Origin: an uncultured Candidatus Saccharibacteria bacterium
GTDB lineage: Bacteria; Patescibacteriota; Minisyncoccia; Sungbacterales; JACQCQ01
Assembly (NCBI GenBank): GCA_964494945.1
Contig: CAZBTX010000005.1
Location: forward strand, 1-57,437
Reading direction: 5' to 3'
Length of the DNA stretch: 57,437 nt
Position 1 is the first letter of the stretch; every line of letters starts with the position of its first letter. Made by a program: the position numbers and the translations under genes. The notes beneath the pieces were generated by a model. The model had not been told where the DNA came from. It searched no databases and saw only the letters and a list, made by a program, of their open reading frames with translations. Shown one piece after another: positions 27,344-36,095 of this stretch.

Positions 27344-30300
27344 TTACAGAAGTTCGCTCACCTGGTCGCAAAGGACCTTGGGTTCGCCGTCTTTTTCCGA
27401 GACCTTGCCTCTGACTAAGAGCACTTTATCCATTTGCCAGATATTCGGGTTTTTGGCGAGCAGCGATGGGAATACCAGAACTTCGGTTCTGGCGGTGGTG
27501 TCTTCCATGGTTACAAATAGCATGGAGTCGCCGCTTTTGGTGAGAATTTTCTTGACTTCGGAAACAATGCCGCCAATTGAGACCTGGCGGCCTCTAACGG
27601 ATTCGGCACCAAGTCCGCGTATGGGTATAGCTTTTTCTTTGAGTTGGGAAACGAAATCAGAAAGCGGGTGCTCCGTTACATAAAGACCCAGTAATTCTTT
27701 TTCCCATTGGAGGCGCTCTTTTTTGGAGGCAGATTCAGTGGGGGTGAGACGAAGCGCCGAGGCGACCTCGGGGCTCCCGCCGAATAAACTGGTTTGATTG
27801 GCGGTATTTTGACTCGCCAAACTGCGCGCATAGTTTAAAATTAAATCCATATTTTGCAATATCTGGTTTCTTTCGCCCAAACTATCCAGTGCTCCGCATT
27901 TGGCAAGTGCTTCAAGCGATTTCCGGTTTAGGTCTTTCATCAGCAGTCGTTCTATGAAGTTAGCCAATCCCGTAAACTGGCCATCGGCTTTTCGTGCCTT
28001 GATAATGGCCTCCACAATATTAGACCCGACATTTTTTATGGCCGAAAGCCCAAAACGGATTTTCATGGGCGGCTCAAAATTGATAACGGTAAAGTTCTCA
28101 AAACTCTCATTTACATCCGGCGCCAAGACCTCGATGTCCATGGATTTGGCCTCGTCAATCAAGGTCGCCACGCGTTCAATATCAAATCCTTCCGCCGTCA
28201 TTAAGGCCGCCATGTATTCGGCGGGGAAGTGGGCCTTTAAGTATCCCGTCTGATACGCCACGAGCCCGTAGCAAGCGGCGTGCGACCGGTTAAATCCATA
28301 TCTGGCAAAAGCCGGGAAAAGTTCCCAAATATTCTCTGCCGTTTGGCGGTCAATGCCTTGCCGCACCATACCGGCTATCAATTTTTCTTCCTGCTCGGCT
28401 AAAAGCGATTTTATTTTTTTGCCAATGGCTTTTCTAAGCGTATCGGCTTCGGGAAGCGTGTAGCCCGCCAAATCGCGCGCGATTCTCATCATTTGCTCCT
28501 GATAAACGCCGATGCCATAAGTGGGGGAGAGTATGGGTTTTAATTTGGGATGCAGATAGTGTATGTCCTCTTTGCCATGTTTTCGTTTGATATAACTTGG
28601 CAGATATTCCATGGGGCCGGGGCGGTATAACGCCACCATGGCGATTAGGTCTTCCAATTCCGTTGGCCTTAGGTCTTTTAGGAAACGCTTCATGCCGGAT
28701 GACTCCATTTGGAAAACGCCGGTGGTCTTGGCATCCTGAAAAAGCTTGTATGTTTTTTTATCGTCCAGCGGCAAGTCGTCAATATTTATATCAATACCTC
28801 GCAGTTTTTTAATAATTTCCACGGCTCGCTCAATGATAGATAAGTTGCGAAGCCCCAGAAAGTCCATTTTCAAAAGTCCCAGGTCTTCCACGCCGTGCAT
28901 GTCATATTGGGTTACCAGAACCTCTTCTTGGGACTGGCCTTGGGAACGAGTGGCGTATTGCAAGGGCACGAAATTTTCCAAGGGTTCCGGCGCTATAACG
29001 ACACCCGAGGCGTGTATTGAAGCGTGCCGCGCTACGCCCTCCAGTTTTAAGGCGGCATCAATTAGGCGCTTGGCTTCGGGATCGTTGGCGTATAAGGTCT
29101 TTAATTCCTGCACTTCCCCCAAGCACTGTATCAACCATCCCTCTTTCATGCCTTGAGTGGGATTGAAAGGAATAAGTTTGGCGAGCTGGTCGCAGAAAGC
29201 ATACGGCATACCAAGGGCTCTTCCCGTATCACGAATGGCGGCACGCGCCGCCATAGTTCCAAAGGTAATAATTTGCGCCACCCTGTCGGCCCCGTATTTC
29301 TTCTGAACATATTCAATAACTTTGTCTCTCCCGGTATCGGCAAAATCCAAGTCAATATCGGGCATGGCAATGCGCTCGGGATTTAAGAAGCGTTCAAAAA
29401 GAAGATTGTAGTGAATGGGGTCAATGTTGGTAATGTTCAAAACATAAGAAATTAAAGAGCCGGCAGCCGAGCCGCGCCCGGGACCGACGATGATATTTTG
29501 AGTTCTCGCCCAATTTACAAAATCCTGCACTACCAGGAAATAAGAAATGAAGCCGGTCTTTTTGATTATTTCAAATTCGTAATTATAGCGCTCGCGGATA
29601 GCTTTTACGGCAGGGTCTTGGCTTTTAGCTAAGTCGTTTGGTTTAATGCCGTACCGTTTTTCTATGCCGCCTAAGCATAACTTTTGAAAATAGGTTTCTT
29701 GAGTAAATCCCGGGGGAGTGGCGTAGGGAGGAATCTTATTTTTGCCGAGCTCAATTTCAAGATTTACCGAATCGGCGATTTTCGCGCTATTTTCAATGGC
29801 TTCCGGCAGGTCGATAAAGAAAGAAGCCATTTCTTCCGGTGAGCGGATAGAAAGATTTGCCTCACGCATGGTCAAGCGATTTTCGTCTTCAAACCGGGCG
29901 CCGGTTTGGACCGAAACCAGAATGTCCTGGGCTTCCGCGTCATCGGCGCGGCAGTAATGAATATCGTTCGTGGCAACCAGCTCCGCCCCCGTTTTTTTGC
30001 CGAGTTCCCGCAGCATTTCGTTTTTTACTTTTTGGTCCGGGTAGTTAAAATGCGGCATTATCTCAAGGTAGAAGTTTTCTTTGCCGAAAATGGATTGGTA
30101 TTCGCGGATTAATTTTTCCGCTTTATCCAATTGCCCGGCTTCCAGTGCTCGAGACACCTCTCCGTTAAAACAGCCGGAAAGGGCTATTAACCCTTTTGAA
30201 TATTTACCCAAGAGCTCTTTATCAACTCGCGGCTTGTAATAAAAACCCTTAAGGTGCGCGGCCGTAACCAATTTGACCAGATTGTGATACCCCTCGGTGG

Positions 30301-30580
30301 TTTTAGCGAGCACCGTTAAGTGAAATCGGCGGTCATCCAATCCCGCGTCTTTATCCGTCATTTTGCGGGCCGCGATATACATTTCGCATCCGATGATGGG
30401 TTTTACTCCCGCCTTTTTGGCTTTTTGGTAAAACTCAATGGCGCCGTATAAATTGCCGTGGTCGGTGAGCGCCACGGAGTCCATTCCCAGTTCTTTTACG
30501 CGCGCGACAAGTTCATCAATTTTGGTGAGGCCATCAAGCAGAGAATAGTGAGAGTGGACGTGCAAGTGCGCGAATCGCAT
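27344..30580 (-). CDS. dnaE: DNA polymerase III alpha subunit
   Basis: HLHVHSHYSLLDG PHP domain; GPGRGSAAGSL, MPDIDLDF, LLKMDFLGLRNL and GFNRSHA motifs; start at ATG 30580; no intein seen. Confidence 0.98.
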   Translation of the reverse strand: MRFAHLHVHSHYSLLDGLTKIDELVARVKELGMDSVALTDHGNLYGAIEFYQKAKKAGVKPIIGCEMYIAARKMTDKDAGLDDRRFHLTVLAKTTEGYHNLVKLVTAAHLKGFYYKPRVDKELLGKYSKGLIALSGCFNGEVSRALEAGQLDKAEKLIREYQSIFGKENFYLEIMPHFNYPDQKVKNEMLRELGKKTGAELVATNDIHYCRADDAEAQDILVSVQTGARFEDENRLTMREANLSIRSPEEMASFFIDLPEAIENSAKIADSVNLEIELGKNKIPPYATPPGFTQETYFQKLCLGGIEKRYGIKPNDLAKSQDPAVKAIRERYNYEFEIIKKTGFISYFLVVQDFVNWARTQNIIVGPGRGSAAGSLISYVLNITNIDPIHYNLLFERFLNPERIAMPDIDLDFADTGRDKVIEYVQKKYGADRVAQIITFGTMAARAAIRDTGRALGMPYAFCDQLAKLIPFNPTQGMKEGWLIQCLGEVQELKTLYANDPEAKRLIDAALKLEGVARHASIHASGVVIAPEPLENFVPLQYATRSQGQSQEEVLVTQYDMHGVEDLGLLKMDFLGLRNLSIIERAVEIIKKLRGIDINIDDLPLDDKKTYKLFQDAKTTGVFQMESSGMKRFLKDLRPTELEDLIAMVALYRPGPMEYLPSYIKRKHGKEDIHYLHPKLKPILSPTYGIGVYQEQMMRIARDLAGYTLPEADTLRKAIGKKIKSLLAEQEEKLIAGMVRQGIDRQTAENIWELFPAFARYGFNRSHAACYGLVAYQTGYLKAHFPAEYMAALMTAEGFDIERVATLIDEAKSMDIEVLAPDVNESFENFTVINFEPPMKIRFGLSAIKNVGSNIVEAIIKARKADGQFTGLANFIERLLMKDLNRKSLEALAKCGALDSLGERNQILQNMDLILNYARSLASQNTANQTSLFGGSPEVASALRLTPTESASKKERLQWEKELLGLYVTEHPLSDFVSQLKEKAIPIRGLGAESVRGRQVSIGGIVSEVKKILTKSGDSMLFVTMEDTTARTEVLVFPSLLAKNPNIWQMDKVLLVRGKVSEKDGEPKVLCDQVSELL

Positions 30581-30649
30581 GGTGTTACTATTATAGTCAG
30601 GCGAGGGGGTTAATTGGTAGTAGACAGCCAGTTGATTTATAGTCAAATC

Positions 30650-31336
30650 ATGCGACAGCGTTTTATCCCCACATCTTCCAGAGGGCCCAGTGGTCTTACC
30701 GCGGGGATGAGGAGACATGCCTTAAGGTCATTACCACGGAATGCAGTACCCCCTAAGAAGGTGTGGGGATTTATCGGCGGTATTGATGAAGCGGGGAGAG
30801 GGCCTTTAGCTGGGCCGGTGTCATTGGCGATGGTAGTAGCTCCTAAAGGATTTAGATTTTATCATCCCGAACTGGGAAAAATCAGGGATTCAAAGAAGCT
30901 TACTCCCAAGCGCCGCGAGATCTGGCATAAGTTTTTAACGACTCATCCTAAGCTCTCGTATGTCAGGACCTATGTCCATCCCAGAGTCATTGATAGGATA
31001 AATATCGCCAAAGCCGCGCATCGGGGGGCCTTGAGATTGGTGCTTCGTTCCGAAACGCGGCCGCATTTTGTTTATCTTGATGGGGCGCTCTCGCTTCCTC
31101 CGGAAATCCTGCACAAGGTGGTAATCCGGGGGGACGACAGAATTCCTATAGTCGCGGCCGCTTCTATTATTGCCAAGGTCGCGAGAGACAGGTACATGAC
31201 GCGGCTGGCTAAAAAATTCCCCAAATATAGGTTTGACGCGCACAAAGGATACGGCACCCGCGTTCATATAAAGGCCATTAAAAAGTACGGTCCGTCTCCA
31301 TTCCATAGGGAGTCATTTATTTCGTCGTTTGTTTGA
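30650..31336 (+). CDS. rnhB: Ribonuclease HII
   Basis: GIDEAGRGPLAGPV, DSKKL, RGDDRIPIVAAASIIAKVARD and HKGYGT motifs; start uncertain. Confidence 0.95.
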   Translation: MRQRFIPTSSRGPSGLTAGMRRHALRSLPRNAVPPKKVWGFIGGIDEAGRGPLAGPVSLAMVVAPKGFRFYHPELGKIRDSKKLTPKRREIWHKFLTTHPKLSYVRTYVHPRVIDRINIAKAAHRGALRLVLRSETRPHFVYLDGALSLPPEILHKVVIRGDDRIPIVAAASIIAKVARDRYMTRLAKKFPKYRFDAHKGYGTRVHIKAIKKYGPSPFHRESFISSFV

Positions 31337-31361
31337 CCAGTGTTCAGTTTTTCCGTACTAT
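31333..31361 (+). promoter_or_regulatory. Putative sigma70 promoter for tRNA-Ile
   Basis: TTGACC-17 bp-TACTAT. Confidence 0.55.
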
Positions 31362-31411
31362 AGCGGGGTATAATTTTAGAATAGATTAGCTCAGCTTGCC
31401 CCGCCACCTCT

Positions 31412-31483
31412 GGGCGTGTAGCTCAGTGGTAGAGCGCGTCACTGATAATGACGAGGTCCCAGGTTCAATCCCTGGCACGCCCA
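31412..31483 (+). tRNA. tRNA-Ile(GAU), CCA not encoded
   Basis: Acceptor GGGCGTG/CACGCCC, D arm, anticodon arm CGTCA-CTGATAA-TGACG, T arm CCAGG-TTCAATC-CCTGG. Confidence 0.95.
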
Positions 31484-31506
31484 CCCAGAGGTGGCGGGGT
31501 GAAGTA

Positions 31507-31562
31507 GGGCGGTCCGATGTCCATCGGACAGGTCGGAAGTTCGATCCTTCCGTCGCCCACCA
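31507..31562 (+). pseudogene. Truncated tRNA-like element (acceptor stem, T arm, CCA)
   Basis: GGGCGGT/GTCGCCC-A-CCA; T arm GGAAG-TTCGATC-CTTCC; D and anticodon arms replaced by one hairpin GTCCGAT-GTCC-ATCGGAC. Confidence 0.75.
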
Positions 31563-31640
31563 GATGGAACTTTCCCGATTTTTGCCCGCTCGCCGGAAAG
31601 TGATTGCAGAAGAACGAAAAAAGAGCTATTAATATCTGCA

Positions 31641-33290
31641 ATGAAAGGATTCTCCACAATTGTATTAGCTTTGCTGTTGGTGGTCGCTTTTTCTCTGCCC
31701 GCCTCTGCTTCAGCCGCAACAAATCCAGGCGTAAAGCCTGGGAGCTTCTTTTATTTTTTTGATACGACTTTTGAGAAAATAGGTTTGTTTTTCACATTTA
31801 GTTCCGAAGGTAAAGCGAGGAAAGCATTGGAATATGCCGATGAACGCTTAGCTGAAGCGGAAGTAGTCACAGAGAATGCCGAGGCGGTAAAAACGGCCAT
31901 AACGAATTACGAGAGCAATATCGCTTTCGCGGAGGAAAAATCTAAAGATATCGGAGACAAAGAAAAAGCTGGGGCATTACTCACTTCAATTGCCGACAAT
32001 ACTTCAAAACACCAAGAAGTTTTGACGGATGTTTTAGCTAAAGTCCCCGATGAGGCGAAAGAAGCTATAACGAGAGCAATCGAAGCAAGTAGAAAAGGAC
32101 ATGAAGAAGCAATGCAGAAAATAGCCGAGCTGAAAGGCGAGGTTGAGCAGTTAAAACAAGAAGTTACCGAATTGAAAGCAAAAGACGAGGAACGAGAAAA
32201 AATAATTGAGGAACTGAGCAATCAGAAGCAAAAAACCACACCTCCGCCTGCCAAGTCATCTACCCCAAAAACCTCTGCCACGCCGATCCCTAAACCAGCA
32301 ACGATCCCATCTCAAACTCAAACGCCAGTGAACGAGCCGCAAAGCACCCTACCAACTAACCAACTTCCAAACAATACAACTAATACCACGCCGCCTCCAA
32401 CAACCCAACCCACTACCACACAACCGCCGACGCAACCCTCAGTGACGCCAGAACCATCACCAGTGGTCTCGCCTTCGCCAACTCAAACCCCAACACCTAC
32501 ACCTGCTCCAACTCCGGCTCCGACCCCAACATCCGCCCCATCGGCACATTTTTCAAAATATGGTTTTGACGCGCCGGAAATTGTTAATTGGACAACCAGG
32601 CAAGAGAGCTGGGCCCCTAATGTGGCCGAGCTTAAAATCGATTTAGTAGAAAAAGACATGAGGGAAGCTGTGGTATCGCCTACATTAACCAGTGTTAGTT
32701 TGGGTAAATTTTCTCTACATCTACCAAGAGATACCTACATCGGAAGTGATATCAGCGTTTCAGCAGCTTTTTGGAGCAATGATTTAAGCAACAGAAATGA
32801 TCAGCTCTACGGCATAAATAAAAATGTTTTCAAAAGATTATACCTGAAGAACGACATATACGGCGAAATAACTTTCCCAGCCGTGCTAACCGAATCCACA
32901 GACTACTACTTCAAAGGGAATTACTACGTTAATTTCTTTGGCGCAAAACTGACAAATACAATAATTCCAAATACTGTTGTTTCTAAAGTTAATATTTCTG
33001 GGAATAGGCTAGTTTTGCAGGATACCGAAATAGTGTTTGAAATTTTTCTTGAACTCCAGTGCACAAATACGCAGTGCCTAGACCCCGACGGTCAAAGTAT
33101 TAACTATCTTAATAATGGGCATCTGCAACCGAAGATTGGTGTTGGTTATAAAAGCTATAACTATAATCAAGAAACTAATAATTATACGAGCGTAGAGGTT
33201 CAAAATGTATTGTTAAATTCTGACGGTAGTTTGAAAGAACTCGGGATAAATTTCTTTGGCAGACTTTTAGTTTTCAAAGCAACAAATTAG
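31641..33290 (+). CDS. Secreted DUF5667-like protein with coiled coil, Pro/Thr linker and unknown C-terminal domain
   Basis: Signal peptide; GVKPGSFFYFFD..ERLAEAE; PT-rich linker. Confidence 0.8.
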   Translation: MKGFSTIVLALLLVVAFSLPASASAATNPGVKPGSFFYFFDTTFEKIGLFFTFSSEGKARKALEYADERLAEAEVVTENAEAVKTAITNYESNIAFAEEKSKDIGDKEKAGALLTSIADNTSKHQEVLTDVLAKVPDEAKEAITRAIEASRKGHEEAMQKIAELKGEVEQLKQEVTELKAKDEEREKIIEELSNQKQKTTPPPAKSSTPKTSATPIPKPATIPSQTQTPVNEPQSTLPTNQLPNNTTNTTPPPTTQPTTTQPPTQPSVTPEPSPVVSPSPTQTPTPTPAPTPAPTPTSAPSAHFSKYGFDAPEIVNWTTRQESWAPNVAELKIDLVEKDMREAVVSPTLTSVSLGKFSLHLPRDTYIGSDISVSAAFWSNDLSNRNDQLYGINKNVFKRLYLKNDIYGEITFPAVLTESTDYYFKGNYYVNFFGAKLTNTIIPNTVVSKVNISGNRLVLQDTEIVFEIFLELQCTNTQCLDPDGQSINYLNNGHLQPKIGVGYKSYNYNQETNNYTSVEVQNVLLNSDGSLKELGINFFGRLLVFKATN

Positions 33291-33300
33291 TAAAATTCTC

Positions 33301-33576
33301 ATGAAGATGTTTTCTCCCTACGCTTCAAGTCAAATCTTTAAGTTCCTAGCACTGATCGGAATTCTGGGAATAATATATTTTGTTAGGCATTGGGTAGTCG
33401 CTTCCGTTGGTATTTTTATATTGGGTACGTTCATAGCTTCAGAGGCATTTATATTGATGTTGGCTCGCTCGATGTTTAAGAATCCTACAGACGAGAATGT
33501 AGTAAAATTGTTTATGGTTTTACTCTTTAAAGACGCGGAGCAAGCCAACAAGATATTAGGTCAGTATAAGAAATAA
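33301..33576 (+). CDS. Small two-TM hypothetical protein
   Basis: AT-rich 91-aa ORF in tandem with the upstream gene. Confidence 0.6.
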   Translation: MKMFSPYASSQIFKFLALIGILGIIYFVRHWVVASVGIFILGTFIASEAFILMLARSMFKNPTDENVVKLFMVLLFKDAEQANKILGQYKK

Positions 33577-33653
33577 AATTTCTTCTTTCCGCAACCTTTC
33601 TCCAGCGAGCGGGCAAAAAATGGAGGGGGTGAGGGGGGGGAATTTTGCCCGCG

Positions 33654-33808
33654 AGCCGTCCGAAGCCCCGCCGCCCGCTCGGGAATAGCAGAGCCAAGCA
33701 AAATACTCTTTTCCTTTTAGAAGAATTTTTTGGTGGCGCGCGCAAATCGGAAATCGTAGAGAGTATTTTGCTTGGCGGCGAGCGTTAGCGAGCGGCGGCG
33801 GGGCGGCT
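33654..33808. repeat. Long GC-rich foldback (MITE-like) element
   Basis: Inner perfect 17-bp IR GCCAAGCAAAATACTCT (33693-33709) / AGAGTATTTTGCTTGGC (33760-33776); outer arms GCCCCGCCGCCCGCTCG / CGAGCGGCGGCGGGGC. Confidence 0.85.
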
Positions 33809-33869
33809 GTTTCCGTTCAGCAATTCCTGCTAAAATAGGTTCGAGCAAACTCGTAAAGATACACAAATT

Positions 33870-33899
33870 TAAACACCGGCAATGCATTGCCGGTGTTTA
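33870..33899. terminator. 30-bp perfect palindrome, probable terminator
   Basis: TAAACACCGGCAATGCATTGCCGGTGTTTA. Confidence 0.7.
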
Positions 33900-33926
33900 G
33901 GTGTCGGGTCGTGAGATGTCCTTGCT

Positions 33927-34166
33927 TCAAATCTTCGGCGTTACTTCTCCCAGTACTTTAGGATTAAACCCCATTTTCTTAATGCGAGTTCCTAGTTTCC
34001 ACTTGCCGTTCTAGAAGTGAGTTATCTGCATCTGACCTAACACGATCCTACCTTTACCAATTAATTTGGTAGCCCTATTCTTTATGAGAAAAATATATTT
34101 GTCAAGAAACTCAATTTTCTATTAGTTGCTTTTTTAATTTTCTAAATCGTCTAAGATGACACTCAC
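33927..34166 (-). pseudogene. 79-codon minus-strand frame interrupted by one TAG (34011-34013)
   Basis: VSVILDDLEIKKATNRKIEFLDKYIFLIKNRATKLIGKGRIVLGQMQITHF*NGKWKLGTRIKKMGFNPKVLGEVTPKI, ending before the palindrome. Confidence 0.35.
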
Positions 34167-34370
34167 ATCTTATTTAATTGACTTTATCCTAGTAGTATGC
34201 AATGGTAAGTATCTCCGCTCGGGTTATGCCCACACACCAATCTCGGCGAGACACTTTCGTATGCCGAGATGACAAGGCGAAGCCGCCTATCGGCTTGCAC
34301 ATCTGTTGTTGAGAATGTTTCTTCAAGATTGGTGTGGGGGTGAACCGAGAATTAGTGCAGGGGACGTTTA

Positions 34371-34476
34371 ACCCGTTAGAAAATTTATGGCAGGATTTAT
34401 ATCTGGTTAAAGCTCTAGATTTTAAATCCGGAGGACTTAACCTTTTTGAGCCCCTAGTTAAATTTTCTAATTGGGT
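34371..34476. repeat. Degenerate CCCGTTAGAAATT element in the helicase leader
   Basis: ACCCGTTAGAAATTTA ... TAAATTTTCTAATTGGGT. Confidence 0.7.
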
Positions 34477-34549
34477 CTAGCCCCACCCCCTCGACAAGCT
34501 CGGGGCAAGTCCGCACTAATGGCGGAGTTATAGATTAGGTTATAGATAG

Positions 34550-35800
34550 ATGAAAACATTTGATGAGTTAGCGATTTCTCCTTTGATAAAGGAGAATATT
34601 GCACGCGCAAAATTAATAACGCCAACGCCCGTTCAAGCCGGAGCCATTCCGCCGGCTCTTTTAGGCAAGGATGTTTTAGGGACAGCCCAAACGGGGACAG
34701 GCAAAACGCTGGCTTTTGCCGTGCCTATTTTAGAAAGATTGATCAGTTCTCCAACGGTTGGCGTTAGCGCCTTGGTTTTAATACCTACAAGGGAACTGGC
34801 TATGCAGGTTTACGACACTTTCGCGCACATCGGTAAGGGCTCGCGGCTTTCCGCGGTTCTCGTTGTCGGGGGGCTGGCTGAATCGCGCCAATTGGATGAA
34901 ATTCGCCGCGGCGCCCAAATCATAATCGCCACCCCCGGACGTTTAAATGATTACATTAAAAGACATTTGGTTAATTTGCAGAATGTAAAAGTTCTAGTGC
35001 TGGATGAGGCCGATCGCATGGTGGACATGGGATTTTTGCCGCAAATGCGAAGTATCATGAATGCTTTACCAAAACAAAGGCAAACCATGTGTTTTTCTGC
35101 CACGCTGGAAAAATCCGTAGCGCATTTGGTGCATGACTATCTGAAAAATCCCGTGCGAGTGGAAATCGGCTCAACCCAAAAACCGGCCGAGGGTATCACG
35201 CTCCGCGTGTATGAAGTATTCCGCGAACAGAAAGTGGCGCTGATATTGCATATGCTTGCAACCGAGCCGGGGACATTTTTGATATTCACGCGCACCAAAT
35301 ACGGCGCGGACAAATTGGCGAAGAAAATAATTCGTGGAGGGTTCAACGCCTCTGTGATTCATGGCGGCCGTTCGCAATCGCAACGCACCGCCGCACTTCA
35401 CGGTTTCAAAGAGGGGAAACACCGCGTGCTCGTGGCGACCGATATTGCCGCGCGCGGTATTCATGTTTGGGGCATTGCGCATGTAGTGAATTACGACTTG
35501 CCGCAAGCGCCCGAAGATTTTATTCATCGCGTGGGTCGCACGGGGCGCATGGATGAAAGCGGCATTGCTTCAACCTTCGTCACGCCAGAAGATATTTCCG
35601 AGATGCGCGTAATTGAAAGAATGCTGGGAGCCAGAATCGAACGTTTACCCTTGCCTAAAAATCTCGCGGCCGAACCAAGATCGCTCCATGAAGAGCACGC
35701 CGAGCGCCAGGCCCGAGGATTTGGGAGCTTTCGGAGCGCCGGTGGACCAAGTGCCCGTCCTAATCGCAGGCAAGAGCGCCGCCGATTCCATTTGCGTTAA
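34550..35800 (+). CDS. DEAD-box RNA helicase (RhlE-like)
   Basis: AQTGTGKT, PTRELA, TPGRL, DEAD, SAT, ARGI and HRVGRTGR motifs. Confidence 0.95.
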   Translation: MKTFDELAISPLIKENIARAKLITPTPVQAGAIPPALLGKDVLGTAQTGTGKTLAFAVPILERLISSPTVGVSALVLIPTRELAMQVYDTFAHIGKGSRLSAVLVVGGLAESRQLDEIRRGAQIIIATPGRLNDYIKRHLVNLQNVKVLVLDEADRMVDMGFLPQMRSIMNALPKQRQTMCFSATLEKSVAHLVHDYLKNPVRVEIGSTQKPAEGITLRVYEVFREQKVALILHMLATEPGTFLIFTRTKYGADKLAKKIIRGGFNASVIHGGRSQSQRTAALHGFKEGKHRVLVATDIAARGIHVWGIAHVVNYDLPQAPEDFIHRVGRTGRMDESGIASTFVTPEDISEMRVIERMLGARIERLPLPKNLAAEPRSLHEEHAERQARGFGSFRSAGGPSARPNRRQERRRFHLR

Positions 35801-35873
35801 GGAAATTGATCTTAACTGCGCCTGGGGATAGGCCCTTTCCTTTTTAAGCTAAATAGGTTAATATGGGAATACT

Positions 35874-36041
35874 ATGGCTGAAGAAAAAGTAATGGGGTAT
35901 TGCGTAAAGTGTCGAGACAAGCGCGAGATGAAAAACGCGCAAGAAGTGTCAATGCCTGGCAAGGGCGGCCCACGCCGTGCCATGAAAGGCAATTGCACGG
36001 TCTGCAACACAGGTATGTACAGGATTCTCGGCAAGAAATAA
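35874..36041 (+). CDS. 55-aa zinc-ribbon protein (DUF5679-like; not in the ORF track)
   Basis: MAEEKVMGYCVKCRDKREMK...KGNCTVCNTGMYRILGKK with two CxxC motifs. Confidence 0.85.
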   Translation: MAEEKVMGYCVKCRDKREMKNAQEVSMPGKGGPRRAMKGNCTVCNTGMYRILGKK

Positions 36042-36058
36042 GCCAACTCCCTATTAGC

Positions 36059-36095
36059 AAACAAAAGAGCCCCGCTTCGGCGGGGCTCTTTTGTT
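36059..36095 (+). terminator. Intrinsic terminator
   Basis: AAAAGAGCCCCGC-TTCG-GCGGGGCTCTTTTGTTT. Confidence 0.9.

Noticed and set aside
27344-30718. Intein or extended N-terminus in dnaE
   Set aside because: Length and motif spacing are normal from ATG 30580; the longer ORF start overlaps rnhB
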